Source of the DNA: Chthoniobacteraceae bacterium
GTDB lineage: Bacteria; Verrucomicrobiota; Verrucomicrobiia; Chthoniobacterales; Chthoniobacteraceae
Assembly: GCA_947471505.1 (NCBI GenBank)
Contig: CANIWM010000012.1
Coordinates: 15,867 to 79,866, forward strand
DNA: 64,000 nt
Direction of reading: 5' to 3'
Numbering within the stretch: position 1 is the first letter of the stretch; each line of letters opens with the position of its first letter. The notes below the pieces were generated by a model. That model made no database searches and had not been told where the DNA came from. It saw only the letters and a program-made list of their open reading frames with translations. Of the stretch, positions 1 through 10,806 are shown one piece after another. The position numbers and the translations under genes are program-made.

Positions 1-111
1 GCTCGTGTCGTCGAGGTAGATGAAGTCGCAATGTACCACGCCAGAATACGCAGCGAGGATCGCGACGAATAACGACGCGACGATGAGCGAGACGCTCCGG
101 CGCTCCGGCAT
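1..111 (-). CDS. partial CDS: N-terminal 37 codons of a membrane protein that continues beyond the window start
   Basis: ATG at 111-109 (minus strand) stays open to the window edge and translates as MPERRSVSLIVASLFVAILAAYSGVVHCDFIYLDDTS with a hydrophobic helix. It is too short for the ORF track and only weakly supported. Confidence 0.3.
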   Translation of the reverse strand, partial: MPERRSVSLIVASLFVAILAAYSGVVHCDFIYLDDTS

Positions 112-224
112 TGCGTGATTGGGCTGCATTTCGGGGGAGGGCAAAAGCAGCTTCGGAGCCACGAGACATGGCGGGGACATTCCGGCATTTGCTTTTCTAA
201 AGCGGACTGTAGGCTCTGCGCACC

Positions 225-1106
225 ATGAAGACATCTCGCCGAACATTTCTCACTACGTCCATGACTGCTGCCGCTGCGCTGACTGCCCGGCTTTCCGCTG
301 CTGATGAGGCTGCGGGGTTGAAAGGGCGCATCCATCACTCCGTCTGCAAGTGGTGCTACCCGAAAGTGCCGCTCGAAGACCTGTGTGTGGCGGGCAAGGC
401 GATGGGGATGACGAGTATTGACCTCGTGGAGCCGTCCGATTTCCCCACTTTGAAAAAGCACGGGCTGACTTCTGCGATGACTTCCTTCCCCACCATCGCG
501 GGGCCGAAGGGCGAGAAAATTGGGAGCATCCCATACGGGTTTAATCGTCCCGAGCACCACGACTTGCTGATCAAAGCCTACGAGCCATTCATCGCGGCGG
601 TGGCGGATGCAGGGTTCACGAACCTCATTTGCTTTTCCGGCAATCGGAACGGGATGGACGACGAAACCGGGCTGAAAAACTGCGCCGAAGGGCTGAAAAA
701 GCTGCTCCCCATCGCTGAGAAACGCGGCGTGACGCTGGTGATGGAGCTGCTGAATAGCCGCGTGAACCACCCGGACTATATGTGCGACCGCAGCGATTGG
801 GGCATCGCACTTTGCAAAGCAATCGGGTCGGCGAACTTCAAGCTGCTCTTCGACATTTACCACATGCAGATCATGGACGGAGACGTGATCGCGCGCATCC
901 GCGCGGGGAAAGATTACTTTGCCCACTACCACACCGGCGGCGTGCCGGGGCGCAACGAAATTGATGACACACAAGAGCTGAACTACCCAGCAATCATGCG
1001 GGCCATCGTGGAGACGGGCTACAAAGGCCACGTCGCCCAAGAGTTCATCCCCAAGCGCGAACCGCTCGTGTCGCTCAAGCAGGCGGTGGGGATTTGTGAC
1101 GTGTGA
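225..1106 (+). CDS. sugar phosphate isomerase/epimerase (xylose isomerase-like TIM barrel, hydroxypyruvate isomerase-like) with Tat signal peptide
   Basis: 293-aa ORF whose N-terminus SRRTFLTTSMTAAAALTA is a twin-arginine signal. Its body has the xylose-isomerase-like TIM barrel signature with conserved His/Glu/Asp positions (ELLNSRVNHPDY..., HMQIMDGD, FAHYHTGG). Confidence 0.8.
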   Translation: MKTSRRTFLTTSMTAAAALTARLSAADEAAGLKGRIHHSVCKWCYPKVPLEDLCVAGKAMGMTSIDLVEPSDFPTLKKHGLTSAMTSFPTIAGPKGEKIGSIPYGFNRPEHHDLLIKAYEPFIAAVADAGFTNLICFSGNRNGMDDETGLKNCAEGLKKLLPIAEKRGVTLVMELLNSRVNHPDYMCDRSDWGIALCKAIGSANFKLLFDIYHMQIMDGDVIARIRAGKDYFAHYHTGGVPGRNEIDDTQELNYPAIMRAIVETGYKGHVAQEFIPKREPLVSLKQAVGICDV

Positions 1107-1155
1107 CGGGCTACCGGGCTTGCTCAAAAATCGAATGCCACTAAAGTAGCACTCG

Positions 1156-1413
1156 ATGCGAACGGAACTCGTCACCACACTGAAGCGCAAGACTAGCGAA
1201 ATCATTGCCGAGCTTGCATCGGACCAAGACCCGGTGCTCATTACGCAGCACGGGAAGCCTGCGGCGTATCTCATGGCAGTCGAGGCATTCGATACTCTCA
1301 ATCGTCGCCTCGGGATTTTGGAGGGAATCGCTCGCGGCGAACGAGCTGTGGACGAAGGCCGCGTCGTCACTCACGACGAGGCCAAAAAGCGGATGAAGCG
1401 ATGGTTGAGCTGA
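1156..1413 (+). CDS. type II antitoxin, Phd/YefM family
   Basis: 85-aa protein with Phd/YefM-like N-terminus (ELVTTLKRKTSEIIAEL...PVLITQHGKPAAYLMAVEAFD). It overlaps the downstream toxin gene by 13 nt. Confidence 0.75.
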   Translation: MRTELVTTLKRKTSEIIAELASDQDPVLITQHGKPAAYLMAVEAFDTLNRRLGILEGIARGERAVDEGRVVTHDEAKKRMKRWLS

Positions 1414-1718
1414 TCTGGACGGAGCCAGCCCTCCAAGACCTTGATGCGATTGCGGACTACATCGCACTGGATGACCTGCAAGCAGCACGGCGTCTTGTCC
1501 AGCGAGTGTTTGAGTATGTGGAGCAACTCATTGAGTATCCAGAAAGTGGCTCGCGCCCGCCAGAGCTGCGAAAATCTCGCTACCGCCAGATAGTCGAGCC
1601 GCCGTGTCGTGTATTCTACCGCTACGACGGTCAGCGAGTTCTCGTTCCTTACGTCATGCGTGGCGAGAGGCGGCTTCGCAAAGGTCGGCTTGCTAAACGT
1701 AACCGGGACGCTGCCTGA
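1401..1718 (+). CDS. type II toxin, ParE/RelE family
   Basis: 105-aa basic protein (IWTEPALQDLDAIADYIA...RVFYRYDGQRVLVPYVMRGERRL). The fold pattern and the overlapping upstream antitoxin are typical of ParE/RelE. Confidence 0.75.
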   Translation: MVELIWTEPALQDLDAIADYIALDDLQAARRLVQRVFEYVEQLIEYPESGSRPPELRKSRYRQIVEPPCRVFYRYDGQRVLVPYVMRGERRLRKGRLAKRNRDAA

Positions 1719-2731
1719 ACTCGCTCAACTTAAGATCCGCACTGATCGCCCAGGCGCACGCGCTTGGGTTCGGCGAATGCCGCATCGCTCCGGCGGGGGT
1801 GCCGCCGCACGCGGAGGCGTTTCGGGCGTGGCTGGCGGCGGGGGAGCATGGCGACATGGCTTGGCTGGAGCGGAATGCGGACCGGCGGACAAACCCGGAC
1901 CTTGTGCTGCCGGGCGCGAAGTCCGTGATCGTGCTCGCTTTGAACTACTGGCAGCGCGGCGAGCCGTCGGGGATCGCGCGGTATGCGTGGGGTGACGATT
2001 ACCACGATATTATAGACCTGAAGCTCGATGCGCTGGATGCGTGGCTGCAAACGCACGGCGGGCGGCAGCGGCAGTATGTGGATACGGGGCCGGTGCTGGA
2101 GCGGGATTTCGCGGCGCTCTCGGGGCTCGGCTGGCATGGCAAGAGCACGATGCTCATTCACCCGAAACTCGGGACGTGGTTCTTCCTCGCGGCGATTTTT
2201 ACCACGCTGGAGCTGCCCGCCGACGAGCCTGCGCGCGACCATTGCGGGAAGTGTACGGCTTGCATAACGGCGTGCCCGACGGGAGCGATCACTGCGCCGC
2301 AGCATGTGGATGCGCGGCTGTGCATCAGCTATCTCACCATCGAGAACAAGGGGCCGATCCCGGTGGAGTTGCGCCCGCTGGTGGGGCACCGGATTTACGG
2401 CTGTGATGCGTGCCTGGATGCGTGCCCGTGGAACCGCTTTGCGCAGGAGTCGCGGGAGGTGCGGTTTGCGGCGCGGGAGTTTGTGGGGATGCCGCTGAGG
2501 GACTTCCTCGCGCTGGACGATGAGGCGTTTCGCACGCTGTTCCGAGGGTCGCCGATTAAACGGATCAAGCGCGCTCGTTTCCTGCGCAATGTGTGTGTAG
2601 CGCTGGGTAACGTGGGCACGGTGGAGGATTTGCCTGCTTTAGAGAAAGCCGCGCGCGACCCGGACCCACTAATCGCAGAGCACGGGGCGTGGGGGGCGGA
2701 GAGGATTCGCGAGCGAGCAGCCACATTATAG
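1715..2731 (+). CDS. queG: epoxyqueuosine reductase QueG (start codon uncertain, non-ATG)
   Basis: Two 4Fe-4S ferredoxin motifs (CGKCTACITACP and CDACLDACPW) plus the conserved N-terminal block. Homology extends in frame upstream of the first GTG (1799) back to the TAA at 1700-1702 (LNSLNLRSALIAQAHALGFGECRIAPAGV aligns with QueG N-termini). The only candidate starts in the 1703-1798 stretch are CTG 1715, CTG 1742 and ATC 1745. Confidence 0.85.
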   Translation: MNSLNLRSALIAQAHALGFGECRIAPAGVPPHAEAFRAWLAAGEHGDMAWLERNADRRTNPDLVLPGAKSVIVLALNYWQRGEPSGIARYAWGDDYHDIIDLKLDALDAWLQTHGGRQRQYVDTGPVLERDFAALSGLGWHGKSTMLIHPKLGTWFFLAAIFTTLELPADEPARDHCGKCTACITACPTGAITAPQHVDARLCISYLTIENKGPIPVELRPLVGHRIYGCDACLDACPWNRFAQESREVRFAAREFVGMPLRDFLALDDEAFRTLFRGSPIKRIKRARFLRNVCVALGNVGTVEDLPALEKAARDPDPLIAEHGAWGAERIRERAATL

Positions 2732-2783
2732 AAGTCAGAACGAGCGGCATCGGTTGGCACCGTGCGTGCTTTTCTCAGATTGT

Positions 2784-4001
2784 ATGCTCTCATTTGCTTA
2801 CCAAGCCCGCGACCAAGCCGGGAAAACGATCTCCGGTGTCCAAGAAGGTCTTAACGAAGAAAACGCCGTCAATGCGCTGATGACGCGCGGCTTGATGGTG
2901 CTTTCCATCCAGCAGAAATCATCGGGGAAGATTGCTCGTGGCCCGATCAAAGTGAGCGAGACGGACTTAGTGTTGTTCACCCGACAGCTCGCTACGATGG
3001 TCGATGCGGGTCTCCCGCTCGTGAGCGGGCTCACGGCGCTCTTCGAGCAGGCGGACCCGCGCAAGCAAGCGGGCCTCCGCCGTGTCATCGGTGAAGTGAG
3101 TGCGCAGGTGCAGGATGGCGCGACTTTTTACGAGGCGATCATGAAGCATCCGACCGTGTTCAAGCGGCTCTATACCTCGATGGTAAAGGCGGGCGAATCC
3201 GGCGGAATGCTCGCCGAAGTGCTCGACCGGTTGGCTGGGTTCCTAGAGGCATCTGCTCGGCTGACGAAGAAGGTGAAGTCGGCACTCACTTATCCGGTTA
3301 TCGTGATTTGTATCGCGTTTGCGATTACGGCGTTTCTCGTGATCAAAGTGGTGCCGGTGTTCGGTGGTATCTTTGCAGACTTTGGTGGAGAGCTCCCTGC
3401 GCCGACGCAGTTTCTCATCGATGTGTCGGATTTCATCCGGGCGTATTGGTATTACATCGTCGGTGTGCTTATAGGGACCTTTTACGGTATCCGGGCATGG
3501 GTGAGTAGCCCGGCTGGTGCGGATACTTGGGACCGCTGGAAGCTGAAGCTGCCCATCTTTGGCCCGCTCATTCACAAGATTTGTATGACGCGCTTTGCCC
3601 GCACGTTTGCGCAGCTCATCCGCTCTGGTGTCCCGATTTTGGAAGTCATGCAGATCGTCGGCGATACCTCCGGCAACAGCGTGGTGACGAAGGCGCTGAT
3701 CGGTGTCTCTGTGGATGTGGAAAAAGGCGAACCGTTGACGGCAGCACTGAGCCGTCAGGCCATTTTCCCGCCGATGATGCTCCGCATGGTCTCCGCTGGC
3801 GAGAGCACGGGTAAAATCGACGCGATGCTGGAGAAAATGGCGGACTTTTGGGATGAGGAAATCGAGGCGACACTCTCCGCGCTCACTTCTCTCATGGAGC
3901 CGTTCTTGATCGTATTCCTTGGCGTGATTGTCGGCGGCATCGTCATCGCGATGTTCCTGCCGATCTTCAAGCTGAACGACGTCGTCTCATCGGCAAAGTA
4001 A
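2784..4001 (+). CDS. type II secretion / type IV pilus platform protein (GspF/PilC family)
   Basis: Two GspF repeats separated by TM helices, with typical N-terminus MLSFAYQARDQAGKTISG and conserved blocks VFTRQLATMVDAGLPL and LIRSGVPILEVMQIVGD. The internal ATG at 2784 was chosen over the ORF-track start at 2754. Confidence 0.85.
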   Translation: MLSFAYQARDQAGKTISGVQEGLNEENAVNALMTRGLMVLSIQQKSSGKIARGPIKVSETDLVLFTRQLATMVDAGLPLVSGLTALFEQADPRKQAGLRRVIGEVSAQVQDGATFYEAIMKHPTVFKRLYTSMVKAGESGGMLAEVLDRLAGFLEASARLTKKVKSALTYPVIVICIAFAITAFLVIKVVPVFGGIFADFGGELPAPTQFLIDVSDFIRAYWYYIVGVLIGTFYGIRAWVSSPAGADTWDRWKLKLPIFGPLIHKICMTRFARTFAQLIRSGVPILEVMQIVGDTSGNSVVTKALIGVSVDVEKGEPLTAALSRQAIFPPMMLRMVSAGESTGKIDAMLEKMADFWDEEIEATLSALTSLMEPFLIVFLGVIVGGIVIAMFLPIFKLNDVVSSAK

Positions 4002-4538
4002 GCCGCCCACACAAAGAAGCACCCCATAGGCGAGCCCTGCGAAAGCTGTGGCTCGCCACCGCTTATCCGAGGAAGTCACCCACGAAATCTGGTCCCGCAG
4101 TGTGTAAGGCATCCCGACCCAAAACATCCCCGCGATGAGCCACACATACGTCAGTGCCACGAGCAGAAGCCGTAGTTGCTCATCACGCATGAAGGCCGAC
4201 TCTAGCAGTGGTTCCGCAGCCATGAGGACCAGCCCGCCGAGCGCGCGCACGGCGAGAAATTCCTGCATGAATAGAATCGCCAATATTGCGGAAACGGGCG
4301 TCAAATACAGCACCAGACTGCGCCATTTATCGAACTCTCCGAGGTCGCTCACTTCCACGAGCCAGAAAAACCACGCAGCCAAAACTAAAGTGAGAATTAC
4401 GCCGGAAGGCTTATGTCGCGGAAAGCTACTAAGCCAACCCTTCACCGCCCCACCCTGGAGCATCGCGAAAAGATGCGAGGTGATGAGCAGCAGGCCGACC
4501 AGCAGCATCACGGATTTGAGCGTAAAGGAATAGATCAT
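3987..4538 (-). CDS. hypothetical integral membrane protein (about 4-5 TM helices)
   Basis: Minus-strand ORF. The internal Met start MIYSFTLKSVMLLVGLLLI is followed by several hydrophobic helices, and the longer N-terminal extension looks non-coding. No recognised family. Confidence 0.45.
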   Translation of the reverse strand: MIYSFTLKSVMLLVGLLLITSHLFAMLQGGAVKGWLSSFPRHKPSGVILTLVLAAWFFWLVEVSDLGEFDKWRSLVLYLTPVSAILAILFMQEFLAVRALGGLVLMAAEPLLESAFMRDEQLRLLLVALTYVWLIAGMFWVGMPYTLRDQISWVTSSDKRWRATAFAGLAYGVLLCVGGLLCR

Positions 4539-4622
4539 GGAAAAGGGGCGACATGCAACTTCCCCGGCCCCACTTGCGCAAGCACAACATTGCGCGAGCT
4601 TGCCAGCCGGGAGAGCCCGCAT

Positions 4623-5141
4623 ATGGTCCGCGCCCGCACGATGTATAAAACGAACGAAATTTTCGCCAAGATGCCGGCAACCGTTGCCGCACAACTATTC
4701 GCCCACCTCGCAGAAAAGGAGCCCAATCTCCTCAAAGCCACGGTGACAACCCTTTGCGAGCAACACAAAATCCGCCCGGTCTTCTTTGAACGAAAGCCCC
4801 GGACCGAGCGCTACGCTTGGATTCGCGAAGGGCTGGGCCGTAGTCGCAACGCCAACGTCGCAGCTCACATCCTGCAAATCTGGCTCGTCGGAGCGCACAG
4901 CAAGTTGCTCTGCGATTTCCTCGACGGCCTTGGCATCTCCCACGACGAACACGGCACCATCGAGGAGCTTCCTGCCGCGCCGGAAAAGGCGAAGATCGCC
5001 GAAGTCGTTACCGACCTCGTTTCCAAACACGACCCCGGCGTTGTGGCCGTGTATCTCCACGCATTTCAAGCAACCGATGAAAATGGATGGAGCACTCTGG
5101 AAGAGCTTCTCGGCGAAGATGAGAGACTGAAGCTTGGTTAG
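4623..5141 (+). CDS. hypothetical protein
   Basis: Likely start at MVRARTMYKTNEIFAKMPATV (the upstream extension is low-complexity and basic). Codon usage is consistent with neighbouring genes, and it lies convergent with the membrane-protein gene. No recognised domain. Confidence 0.4.
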   Translation: MVRARTMYKTNEIFAKMPATVAAQLFAHLAEKEPNLLKATVTTLCEQHKIRPVFFERKPRTERYAWIREGLGRSRNANVAAHILQIWLVGAHSKLLCDFLDGLGISHDEHGTIEELPAAPEKAKIAEVVTDLVSKHDPGVVAVYLHAFQATDENGWSTLEELLGEDERLKLG

Positions 5142-5154
5142 AACACCGAAGGGT

Positions 5155-8100
5155 TCAAAAGCCCGTTGCCTTCACCACCGCTGAGTCGCCGAGGCCGAAG
5201 TGGGCGGGCTCATACATTTCCTCCACCTTCGTCGGAGGGGCGGTGGCGGTGCCGGCGGCGCGGACTCTTGCGACGTAGCGCATCTGGTATTTGCCGCTGC
5301 TCCAGGTGTCGGTGAAATAGAGCACGCGATCGGCGCGGATTTCGCGGTGGCTCCACCATGCGTTCGCGAGGTGGTCGCCTTGCGCGGCGGCGGTGCGGAA
5401 CTCGGGGTTCACGGCCTCGAACGTCGCGGGCAGTGGGTCATCAATGACGACGTAGCGGCTGGCTTTGGGCACGGTGATGTCAATGGTCACGAGCACGCGG
5501 TCGCCGACGCGCGGATCGCCGAGTGGGGCGAGCGTGGCGTCGTCGTTGATGCGCTGATAGGTGCGCTCGATGGCGTAGCCGCGATCTTGCCTCTGCGTGA
5601 CGAGCGTCTTCGGGCGGGAGGAAATCGCGACTTGCGTGAAGATGAGCCCTTTCCCCGAAAGCTGGAGCGGCGTCTTGCCGGCGAGCGGCATTTCCTTTTC
5701 AAAAAAGCCGCCCTTTGCTGGCAGCGTGAACGGCGTGGGCGCAGCGCCATACGCGAATGTGGCGGAGGTTTCTTTGCGGCCTGCCTCGGTCTTGCGCACG
5801 TATTCGGCAAAGCCCATGAGCGCCCACACATTGCTCTGCGTGCTGCCCCAGTGGCCCCGCTGGCGCAGCGAAAGGAGGGTGTCGGCGAGTTCGTCGGCAG
5901 CGGGGGATTTTCCGCTGAGCTTCGTCCAAGCGAGCAGCCGGATGCCCTGTGCGCGGGCGGTGCTGCCGAACCAAAAGTCGGCCTCCACAGCCTTATCCTG
6001 CATCCGCATGAGCGAGTCGGCGGTCTTCGCGGAGCCTTTGCTTTCGAGGATTGCGAGGGCGAGTAAAGCGCGGCTTTCTTGCGTGAGCAGGTCGCGCTTT
6101 TTGCTGAGGACTTCGTGGTAAGCGGGCTCCGCGCGGCCCATGAGCGCGAGGGTGTAAGCGGCGAAGACGCGCTCGGAGAGGTGCCATTTATCGTCGGAGT
6201 CCGCCGCGCCACGCAGTGCTTTGCTGAGGTAGTCGCCGAGCCGTTTCACATCGGGAGCAGGCACGGAAAATCCCGCGCGCTCCGCCATGATGAGGCCCAT
6301 GCCACCATACGCGCTGGCCCATTGTTCGCTCCGGTTGCCGGGCCAGTAGCCGAGCCCGCCGTCGCCATTCTGCATGGAAAGAATGCGCGCAACCGCCTTG
6401 TCCACGAGGTCGGTGATTTGCTCTTCGCTGCGGCCCATGCCGGGGAGCATCGGGCGAAATTCGCGCAGCGAAATCCAGGGCAACATGCCGGAGGTCGTCT
6501 GCTCGATGCAGCCGTAAGGATAGTGCAGCAGCTCATGGACGCCTTCGCATAACTCAAAAATGCGCGAGTTCGAAAACCGCACCCGCACTGTGCCCACGCC
6601 TTCGAGCAAGGCTGGGTCAGCGTTGGCGAGGAGGTTTCCTTCGGTGCGGCCTACGAGCACTTCGCCGAGCACGGGCGTCGGCCACGTCACGTTCAGCTTC
6701 GATTCCGTGGCGTCGCGGAAAGCGCCTGCTGGGCTGGTGAAGTTCACCGTCCAAATCCACTTCGCCTCGCCGGGCTCCACGAACTCCACGGGGAAATCCA
6801 CGGCCAACGATCCGCCTGCCGGGAGCTTCACGGTGCGCTCATTCTCGGCGGCTTTCGCGTGTTCGTCGAAGAGCACGGCGACCTTCGCCTCGCCGTCCTC
6901 GGCGGTCGTATTGTGCAGCACGGCGCGGACGGTCATCGCGTCGCCGACGTTGGCGAAGCGCGGCGTGGACGGCTCGATCATCACGGGCTTGTTGATCTCA
7001 AACGCGCTCTCACCGCTGCCAAACTGATCGCGCAATGTCTGCGCCACGGCCATGAGCCGGTAGCGCGTGAGGCCGTCGGGTGCTTTGAAGGTCGTCGCGA
7101 TATTTCCATCGGCGTCCGTTTTCAGCGCGCCGTTCCAATACGCGGTGCCGAGGAAGTTCCGCCGCACGTCGGCCTCGCCGCCTTTCAGCCCGCCTTTTGC
7201 CGCGCCGACGAGGTAGCCTTTGTTTTCAAAGAGCGCGCCTTCCGGGTCGTCGGTGAGCATGTGCGAGAGCGAGATGCCGGTCGTCACGTCGAGCCGCAGC
7301 ATTTGCAGAAAATACGCCAGCACGTCCGGCGTCTGAAAGCCCATGAGGCTCAGCACGCCTTCATCCGAGGCCCAGAGCGTTACCTCCGCGTTGCGCACGG
7401 GCTTTCCGTCGTTGTCGCGCACTTCGCACACGACAGAGACTTCATCGCCGGGACGATACGCGGGTTTGCCGGGGCGCAAGTTCACGTAAAGTTTCGCGTC
7501 GGGCCGCGCGATGGCGAGCTGCGTGTAGCCTGCGCGAAACTCGGGCGATTTGTATTTGCGCGGGCTATCCTGCGCGCCGCGCACGATGATAACGGAGACG
7601 AAGACATTTGGCGCGTCGCCTTCCTCCACGGGGATGCGGATGCTCGGCGCATTGCCCTCCAGCGTGGTGACGAAATGCCGCTTCACATTCTCGCGCTCGA
7701 CCGTGACGAGCGCGCTGCCGCTGATGGGTGTCTTGATCAAAATCACAGCTTCCTCGCCGGGCCGGTATTCCTTTTTGTCCGGCACCAGCTCGACCTGCGA
7801 CTTGTTGCGGTAGTTCCAAGTGAGCGCGTCTTTTCCCCACACATGCACCGCCGTCGTGGTGATGACGTTGCGGCCCGTCGCATCCGTCGCGACGGCGGAG
7901 AGCAAGTAAAGACCGGGCTTCGCGACGGTAAATGTCGTGTCCTTCTTCGCGTCGGCGGCGAGCACCCAATCGCCCGCTTTCTCCACGAGCGGCTGTGTGC
8001 GCAACGTGGCTTGGCCGACGAATTGCAGCACTGGCTCGCTGCGGAAGTTCTCCGCTTCATCGGCATCCTACACACGGTTCGTCTGCCACTCGACGCGGGT

Positions 8101-10806
8101 GAGTTTCACCGTCGTCTCGATGCTGTCCTTCATCGGCTTGCCGTCGTTGAGCACGGCGATGACTTGGAGCGGCAGCGCATCGCCCTCGCGCAAAACCTCC
8201 GGCATCGTGCTGATGCCGAGGTAGAAGTCCGAGCTGTGCATCGTGAACGTCTGGCGCTCGGCGATGGTCTGCTGATTGAGGTCCGTGACCTCCGCCGTGA
8301 GGCGCACAAAACGCGGCTGCGGCATCGCGGTATTCAGCGGAATCTGCGCCGTGATGGTCGCCGTCCCGCCTTCTGCCAGCGCGAGTTTGCCTTGATCGGA
8401 GTAGTCGCTCTTGCCCGCGAATTTCTCGCGCAGCCGGTAATCATTCAGCGCCTCGGTGAAGAGGAAATCCTCGAACCCAGCGGGCGCAAATCGCTCGTCC
8501 TCCGAGCGCAGCGACCACGCGACTTGCGCCTTCGCCAGCGCCTTGCCCATATAATACTTCGCAGCCAGCGGGACGTTCAACGGTGCGCCGAGCATCGGGG
8601 ATTTCGGCGTCGCGAGCTTCACTTCAAAAGCGTTCGGCTCGTATTCCTCCACGCGGAAATGGTGAAGCACGCCCGCCCACTCGTCGTCGCCGTCGCCTTC
8701 CTCGCCTTCAAACAAAAGCTGCGCGCGGAAACCGCCGACGCCGTTCTTCGGCAGCACGACATCCGCCGCCACCGAGCCCATCGCTGAGAGCGCCACCTTT
8801 TGCGAAAAGACCTCCCGGTTGTCCGGCGAAAAGACACGCAGCGTGCCCTTCTTCCCCGCCGGGATGTGCGGATGGTCGGGAGTGTAATCGCGGGCGACGA
8901 CTTTGAGGTGAACGGTCTCGCCGGGCTTGTACACAGGCCGGTCGCTGAACATTGTGCCGCGCATCTTGCCGCTCTCCTCGCCGCCGAAATCGTAGATGTC
9001 TTCCTCGTCGCCCCACATATTGATGCGGAAGCGCCCGAACTCCATCTCATGCCGATCGCCGCCAAACGGCACGAGCTGCTGGTCGTCGCCGGAAGTCACC
9101 GCCAGCCACTCCGCGTTCTCCACTTTTGGCAGACGCGCCGTGCCATCCGCCGCCGAGGTCGCAGCGGCGAGCGATGCACCTTTTTCATCGAGCAGCGCGA
9201 ACTTCGCACCCGCGAGGGGCTTGCCGGTATTCAGCGAAAACGCCTGCGCGAATCCGCCCACGCTGCCCTTCCACACCACGCCGAGGTCCGTGACTTGCAC
9301 GAGCGCCTGCGAGCCCACGCGCTTCACGTTCGGCGCGAGTTTGGTGGGCTGTTCGGCGGTGAGGAAAACGGTGCCGCTTTTGCCCGGGCCGAGGATGTCG
9401 TCCCACTTCACGGGGATGATAAACTGCTCGTCGGTCTTCTGCTCGGGCGTGAAGTCTTTCGTCCAGACGATCTCGCCCGGCATCGCCGTGTCATCGACGC
9501 GCTGGAGCAGCTCGTCTTCATCCACGACCTCTTCGCGGTGATACTTACGATACGCTGCCAGTGCCGCCGCCGTCTGCTCGCGGGGCACGAGGCGCGCGGT
9601 GATGCGGAAATGCGCCGTATTAATCCCCAGCACGCGAAACTCCCGCGTGCCCGTCCGCTGCTGATGCGTGGAATACTCCTGAAAGTAGAGCCGCGACTTC
9701 ACCGGGGCAAAACTGAACGCCTTGCTCCACGCCTCCATTTTCTGCCCGCCGACGGATTCGATCCCCGCTGCCACGGACACGGTGTAGTCCTTTCCTAGCT
9801 CGAAATTGCCACTTACCGTTAGCGACGCATCGCTCCATAGCGACGCATCTAGCGTGAGCTTCATCCCCGGCGGCTCGGGCGAAACTTTTACCCACTGCGC
9901 GATGTTTTCCTGCTTCACCGTCTTGGCGAATGGTTTGGAGAAATCGAGCGTGAGGAGCTTGCCGGAGTTGATGAGATTTTCCGTTTTCACGCGCTCCACG
10001 GTGAATGCTTTCACTTTTCCGATCTTCACCTCGTAAGGCCCGGCAAGCTTGTAGCCGCCAGCCGAGGCGGGCAGTCCCGTCGCAGCAATGAGCGTCCAGC
10101 CTTCGCCCGGCGGGAGCTCCGTGACGGGCTGTACGAACACGTGATTTTTCTGTGCCGAGAGTAGAGCGTCCGCAAGTTCCTTCCCGTCCGTCGCGGTCTC
10201 GTGGGCGACGCGGAACGCATCTTCCCAAGCGAGCGTGCTTCGGTCGTCCGAGCGGTATTCTGGAAAGACGTGTTCGCCGCCTTTTTTTGGCGCCGCCTGC
10301 GTCACCCTTGCGGCGACTTTCAGCAGATTGGGGCCGAGAAACCAGATGTGCTCTTCGATAGCCTTCGCGTCCACCGGCGCGCTAAAAAGAAGACTTACTG
10401 TGGGCGACGCCGGAGCGTTTTCCGTATTGAGGTTCGCCGCCCAGCCCTTCGCTCGGAACGCCGGAGTCTTGAGCGTTTCTTGGAATGGCCCCTTCACTGC
10501 CTTGCCCGCCGCATCTTTCACATCGCCTCGCAGTCCGAGCTGGAACGTCGCTCCTTGCGCCGGAGCCTCCGTCGGCGTGAAGAGCCCGCTCTGAGTGGAG
10601 AGCCACTGCCATTTCCCGGCCACTTTGGGCTGGATGGTCAGCGGCGAGGCACCTTGCTTGCCGACGGCCTCCGCAGCGATCATCGGCTCGGGGAAGCGGA
10701 CCTCGAAAGCCGAGTCCGCTCGCCAGATTCGGCCTTCGTGAATGAGCGTGACCGGCGCGGCGACGACGGTGGTGGTGAGTAAAGAGAGAGCGGCGAGTAT
10801 TTTCAT
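5155..10806 (-). CDS. bacterial alpha-2-macroglobulin family protein (thioester-containing, YfhM-like), interrupted by one in-frame TAG at 8068-8070
   Basis: Two adjacent ORFs (8068..11031 and 5155..8031) lie in the same frame, separated by a single TAG plus 12 sense codons. There is an N-terminal signal peptide (MKILAALSLLTTTVVAAP) and the thioester motif YGCIEQTTSG in the C-terminal half. The total of about 1880 codons is typical of bacterial A2M. Confidence 0.85.

Noticed and set aside
6859-8787. 642-aa plus-strand ORF and many other 100-300-aa ORFs antisense to the alpha-2-macroglobulin gene
   Set aside because: Arg/Ala/Gly-rich translations typical of antisense frames in high-GC DNA, with no domain signatures. 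The sense-strand A2M homology is unambiguous.
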